Below, in pieces: positions 28,391 to 38,244 of a DNA stretch of 64,000 bases. The notes below the pieces were generated by a model that made no database searches, had not been told where the DNA came from, and worked only from the letters and a program-made list of their open reading frames with translations. This DNA is from a virus: positions 1 through 64,000 of the IMG/VR virus record IMGVR_UViG_3300023082_000002. One strand, written 5' to 3'. The position numbers and the translations under genes were made by a program. Within the stretch, counting starts at the first letter, position 1; each line of letters starts with the position of its first letter.

Positions 28391-29514
28391 TATCGTCCTT
28401 CGTCGGTAGCGGTTGGTGATTCCTTCTGCTCTGCATTCGATCGGGCAGCAATCCAGACTTCGTAACCCGATCCTCCATCGACGTGAAGAATTGTTCGAGG
28501 CTTAGTTGGATCGTACCCGATAGTCACATGTTCATTGGGGCTGTGGCGCAGCGCGCTCAAGATGTTTTGCGGAGTGAATTCAAGCATGGCGCGAGGATGA
28601 AGACAGGAACCCGGAACTTCCAGGACGTCACCAAGAGTGTTCTGGTCCTGGTCCTTCATGAAGACCGCAACCTCCTCTTCGCCGATGTAAAGTTCCAGAA
28701 GTGGGGTTCGATTGTCACCCGAGAACACCATCGCACGCTCGATGACTTCAATCATCTCGGTCTTTGTTACCTTGACATGTTCTGCATGGTCACGCTTCAT
28801 GATCTTCTGTACGGCAGGATATGCGCCACCGTACGTAATGACCTTGATTTGAGTCGTATCGTCGGGCATCAAGAGCATGTGACCACCCTCGACAGCGACG
28901 TTCGTCTCCTTGAGATGAGACGTAAGCGACGCAAAGGCAGACTTCGGAACCATGATCGGGTCGTCAATGTCAGGCGCAAGACAGGGTGCGACGGCCAGAC
29001 AGATGCGATTCGTTGCCATGACATGAGTGCCGTCGAGATAGATAGCATTCAGTGGAGGGTTCGGGTCGGTAGTGGCTGCCCATGAGACCATGTTGATTCG
29101 CTCACCGAGGTTGGTGATTGGAGACATGTCCTCTACATCGAACGGCTCCCATACCGGGTAGTATGTTGGATCGAGCATGCGGAACGATGCACGCGTGCGT
29201 CCCGACTTTGCCATGATCTTAGAGCCTTCATCTTCGAGTGTGATCTGCTTGCCTGAGCCAATGTTGAGCTTAGCCATGAACTCACCAAATAAGACAGAGG
29301 GGATGCGCCACTCGCCGTCACCCTCGATCTCCACCGCATCCACAATCTCGTGATAAAAGACCAGGTTGTCAGCTGCACGCAGATTCACCTGTCCATCTTC
29401 GACAGTTACAAGAAGGCCAGCAGCCTTGTCAAAGGCTTCGCCACGGGTGGGTGCCACCTTTGCGGCTTTGCTGACGGCGTCCTGGATGGTAGCGTTCTCG
29501 AACGTCAACTTCAC
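28390..29514 (-). CDS. dnaN: DNA polymerase III beta sliding clamp
   Basis: 374 aa three-domain pattern, MK.TFE, YYP, L.AIY...MATN..CLA, GAYP..KI. Confidence 0.85.
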   Translation of the reverse strand: MKLTFENATIQDAVSKAAKVAPTRGEAFDKAAGLLVTVEDGQVNLRAADNLVFYHEIVDAVEIEGDGEWRIPSVLFGEFMAKLNIGSGKQITLEDEGSKIMAKSGRTRASFRMLDPTYYPVWEPFDVEDMSPITNLGERINMVSWAATTDPNPPLNAIYLDGTHVMATNRICLAVAPCLAPDIDDPIMVPKSAFASLTSHLKETNVAVEGGHMLLMPDDTTQIKVITYGGAYPAVQKIMKRDHAEHVKVTKTEMIEVIERAMVFSGDNRTPLLELYIGEEEVAVFMKDQDQNTLGDVLEVPGSCLHPRAMLEFTPQNILSALRHSPNEHVTIGYDPTKPRTILHVDGGSGYEVWIAARSNAEQKESPTATDEGR

Positions 29515-29957
29515 TGCAGTTTCACCTTTACTTGGAATGGGTCTACATACCAGAACACTTCCATACTGCGCTCCTTGACCTCTGTGAACTCATAGGCATC
29601 CATGGTGACCTGACCGCCTTGCTGGAATACAATGACTCGCAGAAGCAGCTCGAGCTCATCGCGTCGCATCATGCCAAGAGTGGAGTTATTTACAGACGGT
29701 AGCTGGTTGGGCTCTTGTGGGGTCTTGAATCTGCCTGCAATGATCCTAGCATCCCCACCCTGTGCTGATACACTCACACCCTCCATTCGCATCTCTTCGT
29801 CGCCGAGTCCTTTGGGGACAACAGTGGACTTCGCTTCGATGTTCATGAACTCCCCAGTAGGAATCCACAGGTCTCCGCAGCGTGCGACTTCGACTGTCGT
29901 ACCGTCGATGACACCCCCCGAACGAGGGGTCGGGGTTTCTATGATGATCTGTCCCAT
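29511..29957 (-). CDS. hypothetical protein
   Basis: Start reassigned to MGQIIIE. Confidence 0.6.
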   Translation of the reverse strand: MGQIIIETPTPRSGGVIDGTTVEVARCGDLWIPTGEFMNIEAKSTVVPKGLGDEEMRMEGVSVSAQGGDARIIAGRFKTPQEPNQLPSVNNSTLGMMRRDELELLLRVIVFQQGGQVTMDAYEFTEVKERSMEVFWYVDPFQVKVKLQ

Positions 29958-29958
29958 A

Positions 29959-30126
29959 TCAGAGATGCTTCTGACGCTCGTACTCGGTAAGCTCTTCGAG
30001 GGACCGAGCGATCGAGACAAGTGTACGTGTCTGGATGCTGCGACTGATTTGATCACTCATCGTGCCCCGAGCGGGAAGTTGCGCCATGGCCTCTTCAAGC
30101 TCCTTGCTGTATGCGCCCTTTGCCAT
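29959..30126 (-). CDS. hypothetical protein
   Basis: TAATG coupling with orn. Confidence 0.55.
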   Translation of the reverse strand: MAKGAYSKELEEAMAQLPARGTMSDQISRSIQTRTLVSIARSLEELTEYERQKHL

Positions 30127-30743
30127 TACGCGATCATTCCTGTCGAGATGTAGAACTTGTACTCCTCGATGGACCACAAGATGTCCTCCATGGCACGGTG
30201 AGGCTTATCGCCCTTCGCGTCACAGATTTGATCCCAGGCCTTGGCGATGTCAGGATGACGGCGACGCACGAGCTCCTTCGTCGAGCTCATGTCGATCGTA
30301 CGATGACCGAACTGCGAGCGGAACTGCGGCAAGCGGTTGTCGCACATGCGCTGATCGAAGTTGACCGTGTTCCCGCACATAGGCGCTCGGCCTAGATCAT
30401 CAAGCGGAACTTCCGTGTAGGTGAGAAACGTCATGAGCTGCTCGTCAACCGACTCGTAGGAGTTTGTCGAGGCAAGCACCTCATCCCACAGGCCAGAGGC
30501 CTTGTGCATACGGTAGACGAGCTGGTGGCCCGGATCGTCTGAGATTGCATACCAGTCCATCAGGTCTCGAACGGCGCTATGAGTCGTCGGCATCATGACA
30601 CGCTCAAAGCTGTCGAGCAACTCGCCTTCGAGGTCGGTAATGCCGATTGCGATCTCCAGGAGATTGTCACGAGTTGTGTTGAGACCAGTCGTCTCCGTGT
30701 CAATCCAGATCAAAGCTTCAGCTGCCGGCTTGTGTGTGCTCAC
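30126..30743 (-). CDS. orn: oligoribonuclease (DEDDh)
   Basis: LIWIDTETTGL, MH.ASGL, PMCGNTV.FD, HRTIDMSS.KEL.RR, HRA.EDI..SI.E..FY. Confidence 0.92.
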   Translation of the reverse strand: MSTHKPAAEALIWIDTETTGLNTTRDNLLEIAIGITDLEGELLDSFERVMMPTTHSAVRDLMDWYAISDDPGHQLVYRMHKASGLWDEVLASTNSYESVDEQLMTFLTYTEVPLDDLGRAPMCGNTVNFDQRMCDNRLPQFRSQFGHRTIDMSSTKELVRRRHPDIAKAWDQICDAKGDKPHRAMEDILWSIEEYKFYISTGMIA

Positions 30744-31429
30744 AAGTTCTTCCCATCGTGTCGGTAACTACGGGTCTGGTTGTACTTCATCTTTGCTTCG
30801 TACTCCTCGACAATGTTGATATCGAAGTGGTGGCAGACCGAGATGATCTCGTTCATGATATCCCAGTAGGCTTCACTGAGAATCGAGGTCCATGCATTAC
30901 TTTCGTAGAGGTAAGCATACTGCTTACGCAGTGCCCATACGCGGGCGATCTTGTGATGCAGTGCCGACGCTGCATCACCCCAGTTTTCATAGGGATTGGA
31001 GCCGGTCCGATCAGGCTCAATTTCAGGTGCGCCAAGACCGTATTGAGCGTAGTTGTCCAGCAAGCGAATCAGTGTGTCGATGACTTCCGACGCGACACCC
31101 TCTGGCTTGTTGTCACCGTAATCAAAGGACTCCGAATCGAGAATTGTAATTACGCGTTCTGATCCGTCACCCGGATAAGTGACGATCCAGCGATCTAGCA
31201 TGTGCAGACGATACGCCTCGGTCGCCTCGGCCACCTCGGTATGCAGGAGAGCAACCTCCTCGCCCATGGTCCGCTCGTCTACACCATTCTCACGCCACCC
31301 CTTCTCGACGGTCCAGGCACGAACTTCCTTCTGCCGATCGACCATCGTCTTGTTCTCTGGCAAGATTGGTTCAGGCTCTTCGGTCGGGGGGTCAGCGGGG
31401 AAGATTGGCTCTTCTGGAAATGATGTCAT
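30740..31429 (-). CDS. MazG-like nucleotide pyrophosphohydrolase
   Basis: ALLHTEVAEATEA.R...KPEGVASE..D..IR.LD; KMKYN.TR.YRH. Confidence 0.8.
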   Translation of the reverse strand: MTSFPEEPIFPADPPTEEPEPILPENKTMVDRQKEVRAWTVEKGWRENGVDERTMGEEVALLHTEVAEATEAYRLHMLDRWIVTYPGDGSERVITILDSESFDYGDNKPEGVASEVIDTLIRLLDNYAQYGLGAPEIEPDRTGSNPYENWGDAASALHHKIARVWALRKQYAYLYESNAWTSILSEAYWDIMNEIISVCHHFDINIVEEYEAKMKYNQTRSYRHDGKNL

Positions 31430-31626
31430 CCGATTCTCTCCTGTAGTATGCGGTTTAGTTCTGACTGTGTGACGCGCCAGTGCTTGCCTTCGCCGATCTT
31501 AACCCCGTTAATCGTCTCGTCTCGTAGCCAGCGGCGAACGGTGTAGATATGCACTCCAAGGATTTCTGACACTTCCTTCGGGGAGTATGTCTTGTCCCGG
31601 GGTGGGGTGGGCTGCGAGGTAGTCAT
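31426..31626 (-). CDS. helix-turn-helix (excisionase/HTH_17-like) DNA-binding protein
   Basis: YSPKEVSEILGVH..TVRRWLRD..I.GVKIG...WRV. Confidence 0.85.
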   Translation of the reverse strand: MTTSQPTPPRDKTYSPKEVSEILGVHIYTVRRWLRDETINGVKIGEGKHWRVTQSELNRILQERIG

Positions 31627-31876
31627 CGGTCGCCTCCTGGTGGGCGATATCGGCCTGGATTGATGCCGTCCATGCATCCCTTGACATGCGGTCGTGAACG
31701 CCGCACATGTGGATAAAGACCGTGGCTCCCGATCTTCCGTGCAGCTCGGAGCGGTAGTATTCCCACATGGGATAGCGAGCGATTTGACCAGTGCGCGGAT
31801 CGCTGTCGACGCGACGCCGTGGCCAGTTGTAAAGTAATTCGGGCACCCAGGAGCAGTTCGTGTCGATTGAACACAC
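31508..31876 (-). CDS. hypothetical protein (overlaps the HTH gene; alternative frame 31623-31880)
   Basis: GC3-biased codons favour this frame over the alternative. Confidence 0.4.
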   Translation of the reverse strand: MCSIDTNCSWVPELLYNWPRRRVDSDPRTGQIARYPMWEYYRSELHGRSGATVFIHMCGVHDRMSRDAWTASIQADIAHQEATDDYLAAHPTPGQDILPEGSVRNPWSAYLHRSPLATRRDD

Positions 31877-32041
31877 TCATTCCTCCAGCTGCAGGGCGCG
31901 ATCAATCTTGGCACGGGCCTCGTCAAGCAGCTCTATGAGCTTCGCTCGGTTGTCCTCGAGATTCCAGATCTCCATGGACTTCTCCTCGACGTCGATGTCT
32001 CCGAGTGTCGAGCTGTTAACCGTGATCTTGACTTCAATCAT
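31877..32041 (-). CDS. 54-aa hypothetical protein (not in ORF track)
   Basis: AGGAG RBS; MIEVKITVNS...LQLEE. Confidence 0.6.
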   Translation of the reverse strand: MIEVKITVNSSTLGDIDVEEKSMEIWNLEDNRAKLIELLDEARAKIDRALQLEE

Positions 32042-32115
32042 CGTCGTTACTCCTAGGCCAGAACAGGTGATCGTTCTCGCGGCAGTTGGGGTTTCCGCAT
32101 GGGCAGATGTCGGGG

Positions 32116-33693
32116 TCAGTCATCAATCTCATCCTCTGCTTCTTCGGCCAGCAATGCAGCGATGAGTCGCTTCTTGAACGACCCGTCGTCGTTGATGATC
32201 GAGTTAAAGGTCTTGGTCTTGGTAGCCAGAATCTGCTCGACGCGGTTCTCGATGGTCTTGCGTACAATGTACTCGAAGACCTGGACGGGCTGTGACTCTG
32301 AGGCGCCGATGCGGTGGAGTCGGTCAATTGCCTGCTGATTAAGACCAGGCACGAACAACTTGTCGATGAAGAATGCGTGACGAGATGCGGTCATGTTGAG
32401 TCCAACACCTGCGACCTGCAGCATGCAAACGATCGCGCCAGCCTTAGGCTGACCCTTCTCGTTTACATTGTTACTCCACTGGTGTACGATGGGCTGGCGC
32501 GTTTCAGACTTGATGTCACCGTGCAGTTCCCAGATATCAAAGTCCTCGTCCTTGTGCTTCTTGCCGTGCGCTTCGAGTCGCTGACAGAAGGCTTCTAGGA
32601 CTGGCCTGAACTGAGTGAACACGACGATCTTGTGTCCCTCCTTCATGACAGCGATAGCGTCCTCGATCGCAAGGTCGAGTTTCGTGGAGATATCCTCGCC
32701 AGTGAAGGGAAGGGTAGTGCCACAGATTTGCTTGAGACGCAGGAACTTCGTGAGAGCGTTCTCGATCTCCGTCTCGTTATCATCACCGTGCATGGTGATC
32801 TTGAGGTTGTCCTTAGCCTCGTCGTAAAGCTTCTTCTGTTCAGGCGACAGGTCAACCTTGCGCTGGACAATCTGAACGTCGGGAAGATCGAGGACCTCGG
32901 ACTTGAGACGACGAATCATGTAGTTCTGGAGTCTTGACATCAACTCCTTTTCGTTCTTGACGCCGACGATAGCCTTGTCCTTGAAGCCACCGAAGACGCA
33001 GTAGCGGTTGATGAAACGCCAGTAATCAGGGAACGCGACCGGGTCCATCTTGTTCAGCAGTGACCACAGCTCGTTAACCTGGTTAAGGAGTGGGGTGCCA
33101 GTCAGCAGCATGGTGCGCTTGGTCTTGAGCATGTGCGCCGCGTGAGCCCTGGCTGCCCCCTTGGGCTTACCCTTGGCATCCACGCCCTGGTAGTTCTTGA
33201 TGTAATGCGCCTCGTCGAAGATCGCTACATCAAAGCCAATGCGGTTCATTTCTTTGACATGCGGAATGAGTTGCTCGTAGTTGCAGACAAGCATTTTTGG
33301 CCCGGTCCACTCCTTGAACTCGGCCAGTTGAGCCTCGCGAGCTTTTGGACCAAGCTTCTTCTTGCTTCCGTCGTCCTTGATCTCTTCACCAAACATCATG
33401 AAGCGAATCGGTTCTGCTGTGACAGTGCTTCCGCCCGTGAACTTCTCGATCTCGTCAGCCCAGTTGCCGCGCAGTGTAACTGGGGCAACGATGATGACCT
33501 TGCTGATCCAGTTGCGGTAGAAGTCGATCGCACAGACGGTGAGTGCCTGCAAGGACTTACCAAGACCCATGTCGTCAGCGCAAAGGAAGTTCGTCATGTA
33601 AGCCATTTGACGAACGCCAGTAATCTGGTGCTCGTAGTATTTGACTGAGTCCTTAATGAACGGCTCAAGGCTGCCGCGTGGCTCAGTGGTCAA
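32116..33693 (-). CDS. SNF2-family helicase
   Basis: ADDMGLGKS, DEAH, LTGTP, VFTQF, GVGLNM, QAIDRLHRIG. Confidence 0.95.
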   Translation of the reverse strand: MTTEPRGSLEPFIKDSVKYYEHQITGVRQMAYMTNFLCADDMGLGKSLQALTVCAIDFYRNWISKVIIVAPVTLRGNWADEIEKFTGGSTVTAEPIRFMMFGEEIKDDGSKKKLGPKAREAQLAEFKEWTGPKMLVCNYEQLIPHVKEMNRIGFDVAIFDEAHYIKNYQGVDAKGKPKGAARAHAAHMLKTKRTMLLTGTPLLNQVNELWSLLNKMDPVAFPDYWRFINRYCVFGGFKDKAIVGVKNEKELMSRLQNYMIRRLKSEVLDLPDVQIVQRKVDLSPEQKKLYDEAKDNLKITMHGDDNETEIENALTKFLRLKQICGTTLPFTGEDISTKLDLAIEDAIAVMKEGHKIVVFTQFRPVLEAFCQRLEAHGKKHKDEDFDIWELHGDIKSETRQPIVHQWSNNVNEKGQPKAGAIVCMLQVAGVGLNMTASRHAFFIDKLFVPGLNQQAIDRLHRIGASESQPVQVFEYIVRKTIENRVEQILATKTKTFNSIINDDGSFKKRLIAALLAEEAEDEIDD

Positions 33694-33943
33694 GACTCTT
33701 CACCTCCTTGCCGTCAAACTCGAACTGCATGAAGTGGTACTTGGTTTCGCCGGCTTCGCGCTTCTCGATGAAGACTACTCTTTCATCCTTCATCCAATCC
33801 TGGACGAGGTTGAAGTAGTGTAGCGCCTGGGTGTCGTTACTAGGCGCAGACGTCGTGTGAAGAACTTCAAGGTCTGCGTTCCGATACCTGTACGCCGGTC
33901 CGGGCTCGGTAACGATAGGGGCTGGGCCAAGGTCGAGTGTCAT
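33683..33943 (-). CDS. hypothetical protein
   Basis: TAATG coupling. Confidence 0.55.
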   Translation of the reverse strand: MTLDLGPAPIVTEPGPAYRYRNADLEVLHTTSAPSNDTQALHYFNLVQDWMKDERVVFIEKREAGETKYHFMQFEFDGKEVKSLDH

Positions 33944-34137
33944 TAGAAGAGCTTCTCCTGATCGGGTGCCTGACCATCCTTGAGTAGAACGATGCAGGCT
34001 TGATGTGCAACTTTGCCAGTACGAGATCGCGCCGTAGCGCCGTCTTGCTTGGGACCATGGACCCACACTCTGACTTCGTAGTAGTTGGTCGGATCATCCG
34101 AGACTACAGAATCTCCACAAAGTTCACACGTTGCCAT
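33943..34137 (-). CDS. small Zn-binding hypothetical protein
   Basis: CELC...HQAC; GGGGAG RBS. Confidence 0.6.
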   Translation of the reverse strand: MATCELCGDSVVSDDPTNYYEVRVWVHGPKQDGATARSRTGKVAHQACIVLLKDGQAPDQEKLF

Positions 34138-34285
34138 GATGCTCCCCCTTTGTGCAGCGACAGAGTGTCGGTCCATTGATACCAAGCCGCGCACGCACAG
34201 CGTCCATGCAGTCCTTGCATTCGTGTTCTTTGCACCTGGTGCAGACGAATCGGTTGACTTGAGGACGCTGTGCGTGGCGAGCCAT
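34124..34285 (-). CDS. small Cys-rich hypothetical protein
   Basis: CTRC..H.C..C...CRC; AGGAG RBS. Confidence 0.6.
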   Translation of the reverse strand: MARHAQRPQVNRFVCTRCKEHECKDCMDAVRARLGINGPTLCRCTKGEHHGNV

Positions 34286-34292
34286 GGTACTC

Positions 34293-34637
34293 CTACTTCT
34301 TGCCGATGTTGCCGAGCTGTGCGGCCTGTGCGGCATTCGGGATGACGAGCTTCGGCTTACTGGCAGCCGCAGCCTGCTCGTCGTAATCCTTCCTCATCGC
34401 AATGAGCTGGTCCTGGATCGTCTCCGCAAACTTGATCTCGAAGTCAAGCTTCTGATCTTCTGTGATGATACCCCACTCGACCAGGTGGATGATGAATGTA
34501 TTGAGCCGCAGCTCAACAGTATTCATCGCCGTGCCGGGTGGGAGCGCTGCTTTCAGAAAGTTCCAGCGCTCGTCGCAATCCTTGAATAGCGACTGAAGGT
34601 ACTCGATCTTCTCTTCTGGTGTCTTGTTCTTGGTCAT
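34293..34637 (-). CDS. hypothetical protein
   Basis: ATGA coupling; biased codons. Confidence 0.65.
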   Translation of the reverse strand: MTKNKTPEEKIEYLQSLFKDCDERWNFLKAALPPGTAMNTVELRLNTFIIHLVEWGIITEDQKLDFEIKFAETIQDQLIAMRKDYDEQAAAASKPKLVIPNAAQAAQLGNIGKK

Positions 34638-35203
34638 CCGAACATCGCCTTCTGCTGGCAGCCGTCGCAACCCTTGACGCCGGGCTCCTTGACCATTCTG
34701 TCCTTGAGTGAAACGTATGGCTTCGTGCAGTTCGAGCACCTCACAGAAGGGTACTGATACTCGATAAAATCGAGACCATACTCATCCATGAGCTGCTGCT
34801 CTTCAGCAGGAACATTGGCAAGAAGCTCTTCGCCAGACATCTTCTCGAAGGACGGCTGGTAGTCAGTCCCCATCGGCGTTCCCGAGCCGGGGTTGTCGTA
34901 CACCAGACCCTCGTGCGAACTCTCCTTGCCGAGTAGAACGCTCGGATCAAGCTCGGCGTGATCCTTGCCGCACGCAGGACAGATGTTGAACTTGTGGTAC
35001 AGCATCGCTGCTGCAATCCCTGACAGATAGGACGCCGAGGGGTGCTCGTCATAGTTGAACAGCAAGGCGCGAAGCATTCGAAGCCCCTGCGCGTCCATGC
35101 TTTCAACCCACTCATGCATGTCGTGACGATGCGCCTCAGCATTGAGACGATGCTCCTCCATGTGAGCTTCGTACTCTTCGGGGGTCATACCAAAAGCAAA
35201 CAT
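34634..35203 (-). CDS. Zn-ribbon hypothetical protein
   Basis: CPAC..H, CSNC, CDGC. Confidence 0.65.
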   Translation of the reverse strand: MFAFGMTPEEYEAHMEEHRLNAEAHRHDMHEWVESMDAQGLRMLRALLFNYDEHPSASYLSGIAAAMLYHKFNICPACGKDHAELDPSVLLGKESSHEGLVYDNPGSGTPMGTDYQPSFEKMSGEELLANVPAEEQQLMDEYGLDFIEYQYPSVRCSNCTKPYVSLKDRMVKEPGVKGCDGCQQKAMFG

Positions 35204-35221
35204 AATTCTCATTTCGTAGTA

Positions 35222-35260
35222 GATAAAGAGAAGCCCCGGCACTCTCCACTATGCCGGGGC
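35222..35260 (-). terminator. intrinsic terminator
   Basis: GCCCCGGCA/TGCCGGGGC stem followed by TTCTCTTTAT on the minus strand. Confidence 0.7.
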
Positions 35261-35268
35261 GTCTCAGA

Positions 35269-36681
35269 TCAGAACGGCAGCGGCTTGCCTGCGCCAGGTG
35301 CGGACTGCTGGACGGGCTGCTGCTGAGCGACAGGCTGCTCAACAGCGGGCTGCTCGACCGGGGCGGGGGTCGGTTCGGGCTCAGCGGGTGCCGCATCCTC
35401 CGGGGCCGCTCCGACCTGCGCGGACCATCCGCCGACGAATGCCGGAGCGTCCGTCACGGGGGCAGCAGCGGCCTCCTGTGCTACCGGCTCGGGGGTCGGG
35501 TTGACCTCGAACGGCGGCGCGGCGGGCTGCTGCTGTGCCACGGGCTGCTGAGGCAGCTGCTCCTGTGGTGCAGCCTGCACGACGGGCGCCTGCTGAACCG
35601 GCTGCTGAGCAGGCGGCTGGTACTGCTGCTCAGCGGGGGTGCCCACGCTCGGTGCGGGTGCCTGCTGCTGGATCGGCTGAACCGGGGGCTGCTGAACCGG
35701 AGGCTGTTGGAACTGTGGCTGCTGCTGAACCGGCTGCTGCACGGGAGCGGGCGGCTGCTGCGCCACGGGCTGCTGATTGACCTGACCCTGGATCGGCTGC
35801 TGATCCCACTGGGGCTGTCCCGGCGCCTGCTGTCCACCCCACGGGTTGTCCTGGGTAGGAGCCTGCTGTCCGCCCCACTGGTTGTTCGAGGGCTGCGGTG
35901 CGACAGCCTTCTCCTCTTCCTTGCGCGGCGGGACGATCAGGAAGTTGGACATCGAACGCCAGTGATCAGCGTACGAACGCCACTCGTTCGGATCGGACTG
36001 CGGACCCATCGAGAAGAGCGGCACGCTGTACGGCGACTGCGTGTTGGCGTTCTCGATCTTGAGCGACACCTGCGTGACGACCTGGAACGGCGGCGTGCCC
36101 TGACGCTGGAACGACGACAGGTAGGAGCGCAGCGGCTTGAGCTGTGTCTTCTGGAAGGAGATGAGGGCGGGCACATACTCGCCCGTGCTCATCGGGTCAT
36201 ACATCACGGGCAGCGTGAACATCTCCGCACAGAAGGGCTTGTTGCCGTCGGGGTGGCTGCCCCACTCCTTGAGCTCGCACGAATCGCACGGCAGGGTCAG
36301 GCGTCCATCCGGGTCGAGCGTCAGCGTGCTCGGGTCGAAGTTGCTCTTGCCCCACGGGAACTGCTTGTCGGCGGGCTTGTCGCGGAGAGCGAGGTTGACG
36401 AAGCCGGTCTTGTGGTCGTTGCTCTTGCAGATCGGCATGTCGCCCGTGGTCTGACGCTCGGGCCACAGGATGCGCTGCTTGACCAGACCGAGCACGATGA
36501 GGTTCAGGCTCTGGTAGGTCTGGTTGGTGAGGCTGTCCTGAAACAGACCTTCGCGGTGAAGAATCTTCAGGCGAGGCGTGACAAGGTCGGACGAATCGAA
36601 CGACGCGAGGCCGTCGTATCCGTCGTAGTTGTCAGACGGGTTCATCGGAACCTGCGTGGGCTCTTGGGGGCTGATTGTCAT
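35269..36681 (-). CDS. putative ssDNA-binding protein with long Q/P-rich disordered tail
   Basis: Highly biased codons, Cys-containing N domain (ICKS.D, CDSC, PFC), ~200-aa Q/P/A tail ending in LPF. Confidence 0.55.
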   Translation of the reverse strand: MTISPQEPTQVPMNPSDNYDGYDGLASFDSSDLVTPRLKILHREGLFQDSLTNQTYQSLNLIVLGLVKQRILWPERQTTGDMPICKSNDHKTGFVNLALRDKPADKQFPWGKSNFDPSTLTLDPDGRLTLPCDSCELKEWGSHPDGNKPFCAEMFTLPVMYDPMSTGEYVPALISFQKTQLKPLRSYLSSFQRQGTPPFQVVTQVSLKIENANTQSPYSVPLFSMGPQSDPNEWRSYADHWRSMSNFLIVPPRKEEEKAVAPQPSNNQWGGQQAPTQDNPWGGQQAPGQPQWDQQPIQGQVNQQPVAQQPPAPVQQPVQQQPQFQQPPVQQPPVQPIQQQAPAPSVGTPAEQQYQPPAQQPVQQAPVVQAAPQEQLPQQPVAQQQPAAPPFEVNPTPEPVAQEAAAAPVTDAPAFVGGWSAQVGAAPEDAAPAEPEPTPAPVEQPAVEQPVAQQQPVQQSAPGAGKPLPF

Positions 36682-36699
36682 GCTTCTCCTGGCTTCGTG

Positions 36700-37143
36700 T
36701 TAGCGAGTTGGCGTTGTGTTGGCGTTGTTTTCTGCATTCTTGCATGCAGCCAGGAAGGTTAGATACCCACCCAGCTGGTTCATCCTCGCGGTATATGCGT
36801 TGAGCAGGAATTCCTGCACCTTCGCATCTGCCTCGAGCCCTGCGATCTCCCCATTGAGGGAATTGAGCTCACGCTTAACACGCATGATCTCAGGGTCGTT
36901 GTGGCGTGCTTCCTTCTGGTAGTCGTTGACCGCAGTCTTCGACCAGTCAGGATGCATCTGCCGAGTAGCGACAAGCTTGGCAACCTCGCGGGTCTCCAAC
37001 TCGAGGTCCAGGTTGCGACGCTTGTCCGTGCACCTGTCGAGGTCGGAGATAATCGCGTCGTACTCTTTATGCGCGGCTAGAGCATCTTCGTACACCTTGT
37101 GCACACCGAGGTTCTGCTCGGCGTAATCTACTGGTGACGGCAT
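36700..37143 (-). CDS. coiled-coil protein, possibly UvsY-like recombination mediator
   Basis: All-helical 147 aa; SKTAVNDY...DPEI...L.AD pattern; upstream of the SSB-like gene. Confidence 0.4.
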   Translation of the reverse strand: MPSPVDYAEQNLGVHKVYEDALAAHKEYDAIISDLDRCTDKRRNLDLELETREVAKLVATRQMHPDWSKTAVNDYQKEARHNDPEIMRVKRELNSLNGEIAGLEADAKVQEFLLNAYTARMNQLGGYLTFLAACKNAENNANTTPTR

Positions 37144-37247
37144 GAGTCTGATCCTCGGTTCGGCGTGAATCGGTCGGCGTGGTCCATCGTAACCTATCGT
37201 GACCGTATTAGGGTAGGCTAATTAGTGGGCTGCGCTATCGGTCTGAC

Positions 37248-37652
37248 TTACCGATAGCCTGGAGTGTGGAAGCGAATACCCTTGAAGCGTAGGTACTGAA
37301 TGAAGTGTCGATCCAGTACTCGCCACTCGGGCGTCTGTCCTTCAGGGGCAAGATTGGTAGCAACCAGCTTACCCTTTGATGCTACACCAGTTGATCGGCC
37401 CATGTAAAACAGCATCCGCGAAAGTCCGGTCTCGGATATCTGAAGCATGGTTGCCACCTGCTCGATGGTAAAGAAGAAGGGTGTAGGAGGCAGGCCGACC
37501 TTCTCGGCGTCGCGATGTGACATAGAGTCTTGACCTTCCTTGAATCCAGCAGCGAAAGCTTCGCTCCAGACCGTACGCTTTCCGTCACCCATTACTGAGT
37601 GCTTGGCCGCTTCGGATGCACGCCAGTGTCGATCTTCGAGCGAAGCACTCAC
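37248..37652 (-). CDS. helix-turn-helix DNA-binding protein
   Basis: FTIEQVATMLQISE...WRV. Confidence 0.65.
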   Translation of the reverse strand: MSASLEDRHWRASEAAKHSVMGDGKRTVWSEAFAAGFKEGQDSMSHRDAEKVGLPPTPFFFTIEQVATMLQISETGLSRMLFYMGRSTGVASKGKLVATNLAPEGQTPEWRVLDRHFIQYLRFKGIRFHTPGYR

Positions 37653-38038
37653 GACTTTGCCTCAATGTCGCGCACGTGCTCAAGCTTGATGAAACCACGC
37701 TCCCGCTCGCTGACATAACGCGGCACAGCGTCCATCGTCTGTTCGTCGCGAGTCTGGGTGTGGGTCGTAGTGTGAGTACGCCAGTGCTGAATCCACGGCA
37801 CGACATCGGCCTCGAGCTCGACCTTATCGAGGGCTGTAGCGACTTCAACTGCCGAACTTGTCGACACCTTCCACGCCTCCTCCTCGGTGCGACAATACTC
37901 CTTGACCATTACGGGAGTCTTCTGGTCGACCTGATATCCGGCCCTCCAGTACTCTTCCCACGATGTCGAACGCTCACGCTCTGCGGCGTTCGGCTTGTCC
38001 CAGTACTTCGGATCATACGGCTTGCGTTCGCGAACCAT
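37649..38038 (-). CDS. hypothetical protein
   Basis: Coupled ORF. Confidence 0.6.
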   Translation of the reverse strand: MVRERKPYDPKYWDKPNAAERERSTSWEEYWRAGYQVDQKTPVMVKEYCRTEEEAWKVSTSSAVEVATALDKVELEADVVPWIQHWRTHTTTHTQTRDEQTMDAVPRYVSERERGFIKLEHVRDIEAKS

Positions 38039-38244
38039 TACATCTCCTCGATCATGAGCCAGAACGTCGGGCCGGTCGAGGTTGCATTACCCTCGCCGTC
38101 GTCCGATGTCGGCTCGTACTCCAGAGGAGCGAGCAGGGTATACATCTTTCCTGTCGCTATATCTTTGGCGATGACCGGCGTGTCGGTCTGGTTGGTCGAC
38201 TGCATCTGGTGCTTGACCTGACGGTGTAATCCGAAGATGTCCAT
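38038..38244 (-). CDS. hypothetical protein
   Basis: TAATG coupling at both ends. Confidence 0.6.
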   Translation of the reverse strand: MDIFGLHRQVKHQMQSTNQTDTPVIAKDIATGKMYTLLAPLEYEPTSDDGEGNATSTGPTFWLMIEEM

